Of a DNA stretch of 41,698 nt, positions 1-10,608 are shown piece after piece. How positions within the stretch are numbered: position 1 is the stretch's first letter; the number at the start of each line of letters is the position of its first letter. The translations under genes and the position numbers were made by a program. The notes beneath the pieces are model-generated. The model did not search any database. It worked only from the letters and a program-made list of their open reading frames with translations, and had not been told where the DNA came from. Origin of the DNA: an uncultured Planctomycetales bacterium (GTDB taxonomy: Bacteria > Omnitrophota > Gorgyraeia > Gygaellales > Profunditerraquicolaceae); NCBI GenBank assembly GCA_964487475.1, contig CAZAPM010000007.1:1-41698 (forward strand), read 5' to 3'.

Positions 1-157
1 GGGACGCCCTTAAGGGGGACACCCCTTGATTGAAATCAGAGGATTACATGAGTTTATCGAGTGGTTTTATTGTTTTTTTGGGAATAGCAACTGTCTATTA
101 ACAGAATTTGTGCAAAGGGGTGTCCCCTCCAGGGGCGTCCCCTTTAGGGGCGTCCCT
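1..157. repeat. Inverted-arm repeat element, copy A (left arm truncated by the window edge)
   Basis: Left arm 1-26 (GGGACGCCCTTAAGGGGGACACCCCT). Right arm 116-157 (AGGGGTGTCCCCTCCAGGGGCGTCCCCTTTAGGGGCGTCCCT). AT-rich core 27-115 is 89 bp. Arms match those at 25549-25721. Confidence 0.9.
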
Positions 158-168
158 AGGGAGCGTTG

Positions 169-1251
169 ATGAGGTTCGAGATAGCGAAGTTGGATGAGGG
201 GATGATGCAGCGGGCGCAGGCGAGGCTGGATAATCTTACCAAACCTCAGGGAAGCCTGGGCAGGCTGGAGGAATTGGCAAAACGGATCGCTGGTATCACC
301 GGCAAGGAATTCCCCTCTCTTAATCGCAAAGTGATCTTTACCCTGGCCGCGGACCACGGCATCACGGATGAGGGGATCAGCCCGTTTCCCAAAGAGGTCA
401 CCGCGCAGATGGTGTATAACTTCGTGCGGGGAGGGGCCGGGATCAACGTGCTGGCCCGTCAGGCAGGCGCCAAGGTGATCGTCGCGGATATCGGTGTCGC
501 CGGTACGCTCGATGCCTCGCAGCTTAACTCCGCCAGCTTTAAAGACAGGAAGGTCGCCTTTGGCACGAAGAATTTCGCTAAGGGCCCGGCCATGACCCCG
601 CAGGAGGCGCAAAGATCAGTCGAGGCAGGGGTCGAGCTTTTTGAAGAGGAGTACGCGGCCGCAGGGATCGACATCGTAGGCACCGGGGAAATGGGGATCG
701 GCAACACCACTTCTTCCAGCGCGATCGCCGCGGTCTTCACCGGATTTCCCATCGAGAAACTCGTGGGCAGGGGCGCAGGGCTGGATGACGCGGGAGTGCG
801 CAGGAAGATCGAAGTGGTAGCGCAGGGATTGGAAAAGAACGGTCTTGTCCCCGGAGCGGGGAAGGAAGATCCCGGTCCGGATTTCGCCATGGAGGTGCTG
901 GCGAAGGTCGGAGGGCTCGAGATCGGCGGATTGGCGGGAGTGATGCTGGCGGCCGCATCTCACCGGGTCCCGGTGGTGATCGACGGGTTCATCTCTACCG
1001 CCGCCGCGCTCATCGCCGCGGGGATCGATCCCCGGGTGAAGCAGTATCTTATCTCCAGCCATTGTTCCGTCGAACAGGGGCATCTGCGTATGCTCGAGCT
1101 GCTCGGTCAGAAGCCGCTCTTCGACCTGGGAATGCGGCTGGGCGAAGGTACCGGCGCTGCCATCGGGATGATGCTGGCTGATGCCTCGGTCAATATCCTT
1201 ACGCAAATGGCGACCTTCCAGAGCGCCAACGTTTCGGGGAAAGTGCAATGA
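169..1251 (+). CDS. cobT: Nicotinate-nucleotide--dimethylbenzimidazole phosphoribosyltransferase
   Basis: Motifs LTKPQGSLGRLE, ADHG, GEMGIGNTT, MRLGEGTGA. ATG at 169 follows AGGGAG (ORF track starts at TTG 166). Confidence 0.96.
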   Translation: MRFEIAKLDEGMMQRAQARLDNLTKPQGSLGRLEELAKRIAGITGKEFPSLNRKVIFTLAADHGITDEGISPFPKEVTAQMVYNFVRGGAGINVLARQAGAKVIVADIGVAGTLDASQLNSASFKDRKVAFGTKNFAKGPAMTPQEAQRSVEAGVELFEEEYAAAGIDIVGTGEMGIGNTTSSSAIAAVFTGFPIEKLVGRGAGLDDAGVRRKIEVVAQGLEKNGLVPGAGKEDPGPDFAMEVLAKVGGLEIGGLAGVMLAAASHRVPVVIDGFISTAAALIAAGIDPRVKQYLISSHCSVEQGHLRMLELLGQKPLFDLGMRLGEGTGAAIGMMLADASVNILTQMATFQSANVSGKVQ

Positions 1252-2000
1252 GCGCGAGCCTCATGGCTGCGGTGCAGTTCCTGACGATCATTCGGGTGCG
1301 GCTGCGTTCATGTCACGATCATACCGCGCTTTGGAGCATGGCCTGGTTTCCCCTGGTGGGAGCGCTGGCGGGAGCTGCCGGCATCGGCGCGGGTGCGTTC
1401 TCTTCGATGATGGGAGTGGCGCATCCCTGGAGCGCTGTACTGATCGCCGCGGCGCTTTTCTTCGTGACCGGAGGATTGCATCTCGACGGGCTTTCGGATA
1501 CGGCGGATGCGTTCTTCAGCCGCAGGGACCGGGAAGGGATGCTGGCGATCATGCGTGACCCCCATGCCGGTGCGCTGGGCACTTCCACGGTGATCTTTTT
1601 CGTGCTGGTCCAGGTCGCGATGCTGGTTTCTCTCCGGCCGGAGGTGCTGCCAGCCGCGGTGGTGGGTATGTGCGCGGTCAGCCGCTGGGTAATGGCGTTG
1701 GCAATGGCGGTATTCCCTTATGCGCGTCCTCAGGGTAAAGCCAGCCTGTTCTACCGGGGTTCCCGCAGAGGTCCCTGCGCATTCGCGGGATGCATTGCGC
1801 TGGCGCTTTCCTTCCTTCTGGGAGGTATCCCCGGGATCGTGATCGCTTCCGCAGTCACTGCCTTTTCCATGGTTCTGGCATGGATGTTCGCCCGCCGGCT
1901 GGGAGGTATCACCGGGGACGTTCTGGGTGCGCTTAACGAGATCGCGCAGCTGCTCGCCTTAGCCGCGGTTGTTGCCTGGCAGAGAGGGATATATGGATAA
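1248..2000 (+). CDS. cobS: Adenosylcobinamide-GDP ribazoletransferase (cobalamin synthase)
   Basis: Polytopic membrane protein with TGGLHLDGLSDTAD, IMRDPHAG and GGITGDVLGA motifs. ATGA overlap with cobT. Confidence 0.95.
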   Translation: MSASLMAAVQFLTIIRVRLRSCHDHTALWSMAWFPLVGALAGAAGIGAGAFSSMMGVAHPWSAVLIAAALFFVTGGLHLDGLSDTADAFFSRRDREGMLAIMRDPHAGALGTSTVIFFVLVQVAMLVSLRPEVLPAAVVGMCAVSRWVMALAMAVFPYARPQGKASLFYRGSRRGPCAFAGCIALALSFLLGGIPGIVIASAVTAFSMVLAWMFARRLGGITGDVLGALNEIAQLLALAAVVAWQRGIYG

Positions 2001-2664
2001 TCGCGTACTGGTTTCCTGGAGCGGCGGAAAGGACAGCTGCCTGGCCTGTTTCAAGGCGATGCAGCAGGGATATACGGTGCATTCGCTGCTGCATTTCTAT
2101 TCCCGCGGTACCGGCAAAGGGTGTTTCCACGGATTGGACAGCGCCCTGCTCAAACATCAGGCGGAGTGTATCGGCTTGCCATTGTCCGACTGGCCGGTCG
2201 GTCCTGACATGCGCACCTATGAAGAGGAGTTCAAGGCGGCGGTCAATTCCTTCAAGCCCGCGGGTATCGGCGCCATGGTCTTCGGGGATATTTATCTCGA
2301 TGACCACGAGAGCTGGGTGGAGCGGGTGTGCGGCGAGCTGCAGGTAAAAGCCCTGGAGCCTCTATGGAAACTCGATCCTTTGCAGATCATGCAGGAGTTC
2401 TTTTCCCTGGGGTTCAAGACCATGATCGTCAGCTGTAAAGCGGATATCATGGGCCGGGAGTATCTGGGAAAGATCATGGATATGAACATGGTTCGGGAGC
2501 TGCAGGGGCGCGGGATATGTCCCTGCGGAGAAAGGGGGGAATTCCATACGCTGGTGGTGGACGGTCCGATCTTCCGCAAGCCGATCTCGATCATTGAGAG
2601 CGAGCCGCTGCTGCGGGAGAGTTTCTGGACGCATTGGGCATTGGATATCAGGAAGTTCTCATAA
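1993..2664 (+). CDS. Diphthine--ammonia ligase-like PP-loop ATPase (DUF71/Dph6 family)
   Basis: SWSGGKDS PP-loop, FGDI and PCGERGEFHTLV motifs. ATG 1993 follows GAGGG. Confidence 0.88.
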   Translation: MDNRVLVSWSGGKDSCLACFKAMQQGYTVHSLLHFYSRGTGKGCFHGLDSALLKHQAECIGLPLSDWPVGPDMRTYEEEFKAAVNSFKPAGIGAMVFGDIYLDDHESWVERVCGELQVKALEPLWKLDPLQIMQEFFSLGFKTMIVSCKADIMGREYLGKIMDMNMVRELQGRGICPCGERGEFHTLVVDGPIFRKPISIIESEPLLRESFWTHWALDIRKFS

Positions 2665-2667
2665 CTT

Positions 2668-2780
2668 TGAGTGACGCCAGGCTGAAGAAGGAAGTCCCGG
2701 TGAGATCCCGGGCACTGTCGCGCAACGGTATTCCCCATTTCGGGTTAGTCCGGTCGATCTTCTGCCCAGGTCAGTACTCT
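2668..2780 (+). ncRNA. Cobalamin riboswitch, compact (class II / AdoCbl-variant-like)
   Basis: GAAGGAAGTCCCGGTGAGATCCCGGGCACTGTCGCGCAACGGTA...AGTCCG resembles the B12 core (GGAA-CCGGTG.RA.CCGG.CTG.C.CGCAAC.GTA). Lies directly upstream of the receptor gene. Boundaries approximate. Confidence 0.85.
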
Positions 2781-2805
2781 CGCATGAAGAGAAAGGATGT
2801 TCCGC

Positions 2806-4638
2806 ATGAAAAATAAGTACGCACGCGTGATCGCCGCAATCATAGTGTTCCTTTTTTCCTCATTTTCCTCGGCGCTCGCCCAGGAAGAGCTCGACCTTAA
2901 AAAGATCGTGGTGACCCCGGGCAGGATCGAACAAAGCGAAGGGGCCACTGCCAGGACCGTGGATGTGGTCACGGCCAAGGAGCTTGCCTATTCCGGGGCC
3001 AGGACCGCGGCGGAGGCGCTTTCCGCCATCAGTTCCCTTTCGGTCATGGATTACGGCGGGCTGGGAGGCCTTAAGACCGTGCAGATGCGCGGCTCGACCG
3101 CTTCCCAGATGCTGCTGATGGTCGACGGCAGGCCGGTGAACAGCGCCCATTCCGGGGATTTCGACCTCAATACGCTTTCCGTCGCGAGCATCGAAAGGAT
3201 CGAAGTGCTGCGCGGGGGTGCGTCCTCGCTGTACGGCTCAAGCGCGATGGGCGGAGTGGTCAACGTGATCACCAAGAACCCTCCCAAGGAGAAACAGAAG
3301 ACGGCCTTCACCACCGCGTTCGGGAGTTTTCGCACCTATCTGGAACAGATCACCCACGGCGCCCGCCTGGGAAAGTTCGGGTATCTGGCGACCGGCGAAT
3401 ATAAATCCTCCCAGGGGCACCGGGACCACAGTGAATACTCCGCGAAGAACGCGGGATTGAAGCTGGAGTATGAGTTCGACGAGGGCAATACCCTGCGCCT
3501 GGGCAGCGGATTCCACCGCAGCGATTACGAGACACCCGGGCCGCTGACCTGGCTCGATTACAGCGATTATCAGCGCACGTACAAGCGTTTTTACGACCTG
3601 CAATGGGACTGGCAGGCCGGTGAGGGCACTCTTATCAAGTCGAAGATATACGGGAATTACGACCGTTTTGAATATACGGAGGTCCCGGTCCCGCTCGACC
3701 GTTCGGTGCACAACACCATCACCCGGGGGTATGAGATGCAGGTATCCCATGCCTTCAGCGAGATCTACTCCGTGCTCGCGGGGGGGAGCCTGGTCGGTAA
3801 CTATGACGACAGCAATAAATCCGGGAAGCACCGTTATTTTCAGCGCAGCGGATTCATGCAGCATACATTGCAGCCCTGGGAGTTCCTGGCCGTCGAATTC
3901 GGGGGAAGGGCGGACGATTATTCGAATTTCGGGACCCAGCTTACTCCCAATATCGGAGTGCGTTCCGATATCGGGGAGAACACCACGCTGCGCGCCACGC
4001 ATACCCGTTCCTACCGCGTGCCGACGTTCAGCGACCTGTACTGGCCCAATACGGGGTGGGAGGCCGGCAATCCGAATCTGCGTCCGGAAAAGGGCAGAGG
4101 GTATGAGTTCTCGGTCGAACAGCGTATCCGCGAGCGGGCGGTGGTGTCATTGGGGTATTTTCGTAATGATTATTCCCAGTTGATCAAGTGGGAGGAGACC
4201 TCCCCCTGGTTCTGGACCCCGCGAAATATCAGTAAAGCATGCATCCAGGGAGTGGAGTTCGGGGCGACCATGCCCCTCGGTGAACTTTTCGAGGTAAGGG
4301 CGGGGTACACCTGGCAGCGTCCGATGAACAAGATGCTGCACAAGTACCTGACCTACCAGCCGTGGCATAAGGCCACCGGCGCACTCGTTTTCCATGACAC
4401 GGAGGGGTTGCGCCTGGCGTTGAAAGGCCAGTTCGTCGGCCGGGTGTATACCAACGAGGCGAACACCCAGTATCTAAAGCAGTATTTTCTCCTGGGAGTG
4501 GAAGCCTCGAAAAAACTCACCCGTCAGTTTACCGTATTTCTGAATCTTGATAACGTGACCGACCGGGTCTATCAGGTGCAGCGGGATTATCCGGTGCCGG
4601 GTTTTGCCATGCAGGCAGGATGTACGTTGGAGTTCTGA
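2806..4638 (+). CDS. btuB: TonB-dependent outer-membrane receptor, BtuB-like
   Basis: Signal peptide, TonB box (IVVTPGR), plug motif IERIEVLRGGASSLYGSSAMGGVVNVIT, GNPNLRPE, C-terminal Phe. B12 riboswitch upstream. ATG 2806 follows AAAGGA. Confidence 0.88.
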   Translation: MKNKYARVIAAIIVFLFSSFSSALAQEELDLKKIVVTPGRIEQSEGATARTVDVVTAKELAYSGARTAAEALSAISSLSVMDYGGLGGLKTVQMRGSTASQMLLMVDGRPVNSAHSGDFDLNTLSVASIERIEVLRGGASSLYGSSAMGGVVNVITKNPPKEKQKTAFTTAFGSFRTYLEQITHGARLGKFGYLATGEYKSSQGHRDHSEYSAKNAGLKLEYEFDEGNTLRLGSGFHRSDYETPGPLTWLDYSDYQRTYKRFYDLQWDWQAGEGTLIKSKIYGNYDRFEYTEVPVPLDRSVHNTITRGYEMQVSHAFSEIYSVLAGGSLVGNYDDSNKSGKHRYFQRSGFMQHTLQPWEFLAVEFGGRADDYSNFGTQLTPNIGVRSDIGENTTLRATHTRSYRVPTFSDLYWPNTGWEAGNPNLRPEKGRGYEFSVEQRIRERAVVSLGYFRNDYSQLIKWEETSPWFWTPRNISKACIQGVEFGATMPLGELFEVRAGYTWQRPMNKMLHKYLTYQPWHKATGALVFHDTEGLRLALKGQFVGRVYTNEANTQYLKQYFLLGVEASKKLTRQFTVFLNLDNVTDRVYQVQRDYPVPGFAMQAGCTLEF

Positions 4639-4659
4639 TCGTTCCGCCGCCCGGGGCTC

Positions 4660-4688
4660 TTGCAAAGACAGCCGGCGTATGGTAGAGT
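4660..4688 (+). promoter_or_regulatory. Putative sigma70 promoter for the TonB-like gene
   Basis: TTGCAA-N17-TAGAGT with TG at the extended -10 position. Predicted +1 coincides with ATG 4695. Confidence 0.5.
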
Positions 4689-4694
4689 AATCCC

Positions 4695-5396
4695 ATGTGG
4701 AGAGACCATATTTTTTCCATCGCGCTTGCCGTTTCATTCGCGGCGCACGGCGTATTGTTTTTGACCAGCCCCGGGCTGCAGGTAAAGGTCGACAGGACCC
4801 GCACCGGCAAGCCCCTCAACGTGCAGTACCTGGCGCTGCCCAAGCCGCACAATAACGAGCTTATCCCGAAGGAGCCCGCGGTCAAGAAGGACCCGTTGAT
4901 CAAGCTTCCGGAAAAACTCGGAGCCCAGAAAGCGAAGCTCCCGCCTCTTTCCGGAGACCGTCAGCTGGCGGTGAATAAGGAGCAGGCGATGGCTTCGGGC
5001 GCGATGAGCGAGCAGCGGGTGGCGAAGCCCACATTTACCAGGCCGGATATCATCCCGGTCAAGAAGCGCATCACCCTTTCCCAGACCGACATCAACAAGA
5101 ACTCAAGCCCGGCGTACCTGGGGTACTCGCAGATGTGCCGGGAAAAGGTCAAGAGGGCCGCGTACCAGAACTACACCGAGCTGGTGGAGGGGGAGGTGTA
5201 CCTTACCTTCGTGGTGTCGAGCGAAGGGTACTTGACCGATGTGCGGATCTTCGAGGATAAGTCCTCCGCCAACGCGTATCTGCGCGAAATCGCCCTGAAA
5301 AGCATCCGGGATGCGTCCCCTTTCGCCAAGTTCCCCAAAGAGCTCGATTATCCCCAATTGACCTTTAACGTGGTCATTTCCTTCGAAACCGAGTAA
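4695..5396 (+). CDS. TonB-family energy transducer
   Basis: N-terminal TM helix with SxxxH (SFAAH), Pro/Lys-rich linker and TonB_C/TolA-like C-terminal domain. Confidence 0.75.
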   Translation: MWRDHIFSIALAVSFAAHGVLFLTSPGLQVKVDRTRTGKPLNVQYLALPKPHNNELIPKEPAVKKDPLIKLPEKLGAQKAKLPPLSGDRQLAVNKEQAMASGAMSEQRVAKPTFTRPDIIPVKKRITLSQTDINKNSSPAYLGYSQMCREKVKRAAYQNYTELVEGEVYLTFVVSSEGYLTDVRIFEDKSSANAYLREIALKSIRDASPFAKFPKELDYPQLTFNVVISFETE

Positions 5397-5410
5397 AAGA
5401 AAGCCCTTTC

Positions 5411-5439
5411 TTGACATGGCCAGGGCCGTGTGTTATACT
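5411..5439 (+). promoter_or_regulatory. Sigma70 promoter for the cvpA-NIF3-dnaG-rpoD unit
   Basis: TTGACA-N17-TATACT with extended -10 TG. Confidence 0.8.
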
Positions 5440-5494
5440 TCTTCCGTACTTTTTTATCCCATAATATAATTTAGGTAAGAAGGAGAGTGTTAAA

Positions 5495-6070
5495 TTGTTC
5501 AACTTTCTGAGACAATTTAACTGGGTGGATATTTTTATCCTCGTGCTGCTGTACAGGATATGTTATATTTCCATGGCCAACGGTTTCGTGACCGAGCTTT
5601 TCAAGCTCCTGGGAACGGTCACCGCCACCTTTCTGGCGTGCCATTATTACCACAGCCTGCTTTTCGAGTTCAAGGATAAGGTCGGCTCGCAATTTTTTCC
5701 GGTGAATTTCCTGGATTTCCTTACCTTCGTTCTGCTGGCGAGCGCAGGGTATCTGATCTGGACCGGAGTGCGGCTGCTTTTTTCCAAAGCCATTAAGACC
5801 GAGGCTGCGGTCAATTTCGATAAATGGGCAGGGTTGACGCTGGGAGTGGTGCGGGCGGTGCTTCTGGCCGGACTGATCACCTGCGCGTTCATGGTCTCAT
5901 CGATCGAGTATTTCCGGGCGATCACTTCTTCTTCATATTTCGGGTCGCGTTTCAGCCATGTCTCTCCGTCGGTGTACAAGGGGATATGGTATGGGGCGGT
6001 CTCGAAGTTCATGGCCAACGAGAAGCATAATGCAGCGCTGGATTCGCTGTATTCCGCTCCAGAAAAGTGA
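5495..6070 (+). CDS. cvpA: CvpA family membrane protein
   Basis: NWVD...GFVTELFKLLG and DKWAGLTLGVVRA patterns, about 4 TM helices. TTG start after AAGGAG. Confidence 0.8.
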   Translation: MFNFLRQFNWVDIFILVLLYRICYISMANGFVTELFKLLGTVTATFLACHYYHSLLFEFKDKVGSQFFPVNFLDFLTFVLLASAGYLIWTGVRLLFSKAIKTEAAVNFDKWAGLTLGVVRAVLLAGLITCAFMVSSIEYFRAITSSSYFGSRFSHVSPSVYKGIWYGAVSKFMANEKHNAALDSLYSAPEK

Positions 6071-6939
6071 AATTAGGCGACTTCTACCGGCACATCGTCA
6101 ATGTGGGGAAACTGCGCGATCCGCGGCCCCGTTCCCGCGTCAAGGGATTCGAGGATTCCGGGATATTGTTCGGCGATCATTCCCGGGAAGTACGGAAGAT
6201 CCTGGTAGGGATCGATATGGAAGCTCCGGAGCTCGTCCTGGCGGACAGGCTGCGTGAGAAGAAGGGCGTGGATTGCGTGATGGCCCATCATCCGGAGGGA
6301 GCGGCTTTGGCCGGCCTGCCGGAAGTGATGGCGCTGCAGACCGATATCCTGGTGCAGGTGGGGGTATCCCAGGATACGGCGCGCGAGCTGATGGAAGAGA
6401 GGATGCGGGAGGTCTCCCGCGGGGTTTCTCCGGCCAACCACTCCCGGGCGGTGGATGCGGCGAGGATACTGGACATGCCTTTTCTCTGCGCGCATACGCC
6501 GGCGGACAACCAGGTGGCGTATTTCCTGGAGCGGCTCTGCGCCCGCCGTAAACCGCGTACCCTGCAGGCGATCGTGGACATGCTTCTGGAGATACCGGAG
6601 TACCGCTATGCCCGGGAGCAGAAGACCGGGCCGGTGATCATCGCGGGGTCACCCCGCCGCGCGCCGGGAAGGATTTTCGTGGAAATGACCGGCGGTACGG
6701 AAGGCCACCGCGAGGTGTACGATAAATTGTATAAAGCGGGCGTGCGCACGCTCATCTCCATGCACCTGGCGGAGGATCATTTCCGCAAGGTCAAGGATGC
6801 CAATCTGAACGTGATCATCGCGGGCCACGTTTCTTCCGATACTCTGGGGATGAACCTGCTGCTCGACGGCGTCGAGAAGGCCGCCCGCGAGCGGCTGGAA
6901 ACGGTCGATTGTTCGGGGTTTCGCCGCGTCAGAAGGTAA
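6067..6939 (+). CDS. NIF3 / NGG1p-interacting factor family metal-binding protein
   Basis: GID, AHHPEG, HTPADN, MH and AGHVSSD metal-ligand motifs. Confidence 0.85.
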   Translation: MKLGDFYRHIVNVGKLRDPRPRSRVKGFEDSGILFGDHSREVRKILVGIDMEAPELVLADRLREKKGVDCVMAHHPEGAALAGLPEVMALQTDILVQVGVSQDTARELMEERMREVSRGVSPANHSRAVDAARILDMPFLCAHTPADNQVAYFLERLCARRKPRTLQAIVDMLLEIPEYRYAREQKTGPVIIAGSPRRAPGRIFVEMTGGTEGHREVYDKLYKAGVRTLISMHLAEDHFRKVKDANLNVIIAGHVSSDTLGMNLLLDGVEKAARERLETVDCSGFRRVRR

Positions 6940-6968
6940 GTACGGTAACCGAAGGTTTGTGTGAAAGT

Positions 6969-8738
6969 ATGCCCGGGCGTATTCCCGATAATGTCTTAGA
7001 GGATATCTTAAGCAGGGTGGATATCGTGGAGGTGATCTCCGCGTATCTGCCGCTGAAGCGTGCCGGAAGGAATTTCAAGGCCACCTGTCCGTTCCACCAC
7101 GAGAAGACGCCTTCCTTCATGGTCTCTCCGGACAAGCAGATATTCCACTGCTTCGGGTGCGGGGAATCGGGAAACGCGTTCAAGTTCCTGATGAAATACG
7201 AGCGCGTGGATTTTCCCGAGGCCGTGGAATCCCTGGCGCGCAAGGCCGGGGTGGTGCTTCCCCAGGCGCACGTGAAACGCGACGAGCACGGGACGGCATC
7301 GGCCAAGTTCTTTGAGATCAACGAGTGGGCGCTGGAGTATTTCCAGCAGTGCCTTTTCAGCAGCCAGGGCATCCAGGCGGTGGAGTATTTCAAGAAACGC
7401 GGGATCACCAAGGATACGGCGCGGGAGTTCAAGCTGGGGTTCGCGCCTCCGCGCTGGGACGGCTTGTTGGAGCACCTCAAGGCCAAAGGGGTATCCCTGG
7501 AGCTGATGGAGAAAGCGGGATTAGTCCTCCCTAAGGAAAAGGGCGGATATTACGACCGTTTCCGCAACCGCACGATATTCCCGATCTTCGACGTGAAGGC
7601 CAGGCCGCTGGGGTTCGGCGGCAGGGTGCTCGACGAGGGGCTGCCCAAATATCTGAATTCCCCCGAGACCCCGGTGTATGTCAAGGGCCGGCAGCTCTTC
7701 GGGCTGCAGTGCGCCAGGGACTATATCCGGGAAAAGGATTGCGCCGTGGTGGTGGAGGGGTATCTGGACGCGATCCTGCCGTTCCAGTTCGGGATCAAGA
7801 ACATCGTGGCGACGCTGGGTACGGCCATGACCCCGGAGCAGGTAAGGCTGCTCAAGCGTTTCACCCATAACGTGGTGATGATCTACGATCCGGATAATGC
7901 GGGGCAGATGGCTACCCTGCGTTCGCTGGATATCTTCCTCGAGGAGGAGATGGAGGTGCGGGTGGTGTCCCTGCCCGCGGGGCTCGACCCCGACCTTTAC
8001 GTGCGCAAGCACGGGGCGGCGCAGCTGCAGTCGATGATCGACCAGGCCCCGGGATATTTTTCCTTCCAGCTCGGCATCTGGTGCAGCCGTTACAACCCGG
8101 CCACCATGGAGGGTAAGGCGAAGATCGCCTCCGAGCTGCTGCAGACGGTGGCGAAGTGCCGTAATCTGGTGCTGCAGGCGGAGTACCTCAAGATGCTCGC
8201 GGAGCGTCTGCAGGTCGACGAGACGGTGCTGCGCCAGGAGATGAAGCAGGCAAAGTTGCCGCATGTACCGGCCAGGCCCGCGGCAGGCGCGCTGCAGGAG
8301 AAAGAGAAGGACACCGCGCATCCGACGGAGAAATTGCTGGTGACCCTGCTTTTGGATGCGGAGGGGTTTGCGGGAAGGATACGGCAGGCGCTTTCCCCGC
8401 AGGATTTCCAGGACGAGAAGGTCTCAAAGATCGTTTCCACGATCTTCCGGCTCATGGACGAAGGCAAGACCGTGGAATCGCGCACTTTGCTGAACCATTT
8501 TGACGACGATTTGGCGCTGCGTTTCATCTGTCAGACGGCATTCCAGCCCGAGACCAGCGTGCAGGAAAAAGAGAAGATCGTTGACGACTGTATCCGGAGG
8601 ATGAAACAGTGCGGCCTCCAGCGCAGGCGTCATCAGTTGCATGAACGCATCAAGGACGCGCAGAGAAGCGGAGATGAGGTAGTGCTTCAGTCTTTGATGC
8701 GGGAGTTCCAGGAGTTGCTTAAATCCCCGAAAGAGTGA
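6969..8738 (+). CDS. dnaG: DNA primase
   Basis: CHC2 zinc finger CPFHHEKTPSF..CFGC, DRFRNR, KYLNSPET, Toprim VVVEGYLD, DPD. Confidence 0.97.
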   Translation: MPGRIPDNVLEDILSRVDIVEVISAYLPLKRAGRNFKATCPFHHEKTPSFMVSPDKQIFHCFGCGESGNAFKFLMKYERVDFPEAVESLARKAGVVLPQAHVKRDEHGTASAKFFEINEWALEYFQQCLFSSQGIQAVEYFKKRGITKDTAREFKLGFAPPRWDGLLEHLKAKGVSLELMEKAGLVLPKEKGGYYDRFRNRTIFPIFDVKARPLGFGGRVLDEGLPKYLNSPETPVYVKGRQLFGLQCARDYIREKDCAVVVEGYLDAILPFQFGIKNIVATLGTAMTPEQVRLLKRFTHNVVMIYDPDNAGQMATLRSLDIFLEEEMEVRVVSLPAGLDPDLYVRKHGAAQLQSMIDQAPGYFSFQLGIWCSRYNPATMEGKAKIASELLQTVAKCRNLVLQAEYLKMLAERLQVDETVLRQEMKQAKLPHVPARPAAGALQEKEKDTAHPTEKLLVTLLLDAEGFAGRIRQALSPQDFQDEKVSKIVSTIFRLMDEGKTVESRTLLNHFDDDLALRFICQTAFQPETSVQEKEKIVDDCIRRMKQCGLQRRRHQLHERIKDAQRSGDEVVLQSLMREFQELLKSPKE

Positions 8739-8760
8739 GCGGTAAGTAGAGGAGAAGGGC

Positions 8761-10323
<1,563 letters not shown>

Positions 10324-10326
10324 GGG

Positions 10327-10608
10327 GTGTGGGGGGATCCCGTCTTCTGGATGTGCTTCGGGTTCGCCGCGCAGATGGTCTTCTTCCTGCGCTTTCTCGT
10401 CCAGTGGATAGTTTCCGAGAGGAAACGGGAAAGCGTGATCCCGGTTTCCTTCTGGTATTTGAGCATCTGCGGAAGCCTGGGATTGCTGCTGTATTCACTG
10501 CACCGCCGCGATCCCGTCTTCATCGCCGGCAACTCCCTCGGGCTGCTGATCTACGTGCGTAACCTCTGTCTGATCCACAGGAAAAAATCCGCCGCCAAGT
10601 GCTCATGA
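10327..10608 (+). CDS. Lipid A biosynthesis N-terminal domain (LAB_N) small membrane protein
   Basis: RFLVQWIVSE..SVIPVSFWYLS..DPVFI..IYVRNL signature. Confidence 0.85.
   Translation: MWGDPVFWMCFGFAAQMVFFLRFLVQWIVSERKRESVIPVSFWYLSICGSLGLLLYSLHRRDPVFIAGNSLGLLIYVRNLCLIHRKKSAAKCS

Noticed and set aside
1..157. GGGAC repeats as a CRISPR array
   Set aside because: Units are ~11 bp at a 15-bp period and arranged as inverted arms. There are no 30-40 nt spacers between direct repeats and no cas genes.
67..612. Minus-strand 181-aa ORF ending in GTPLKGTPLEGTPL
   Set aside because: Antisense to cobT. The peptide repeat is just the DNA repeat arm translated (same for 25202-25603).
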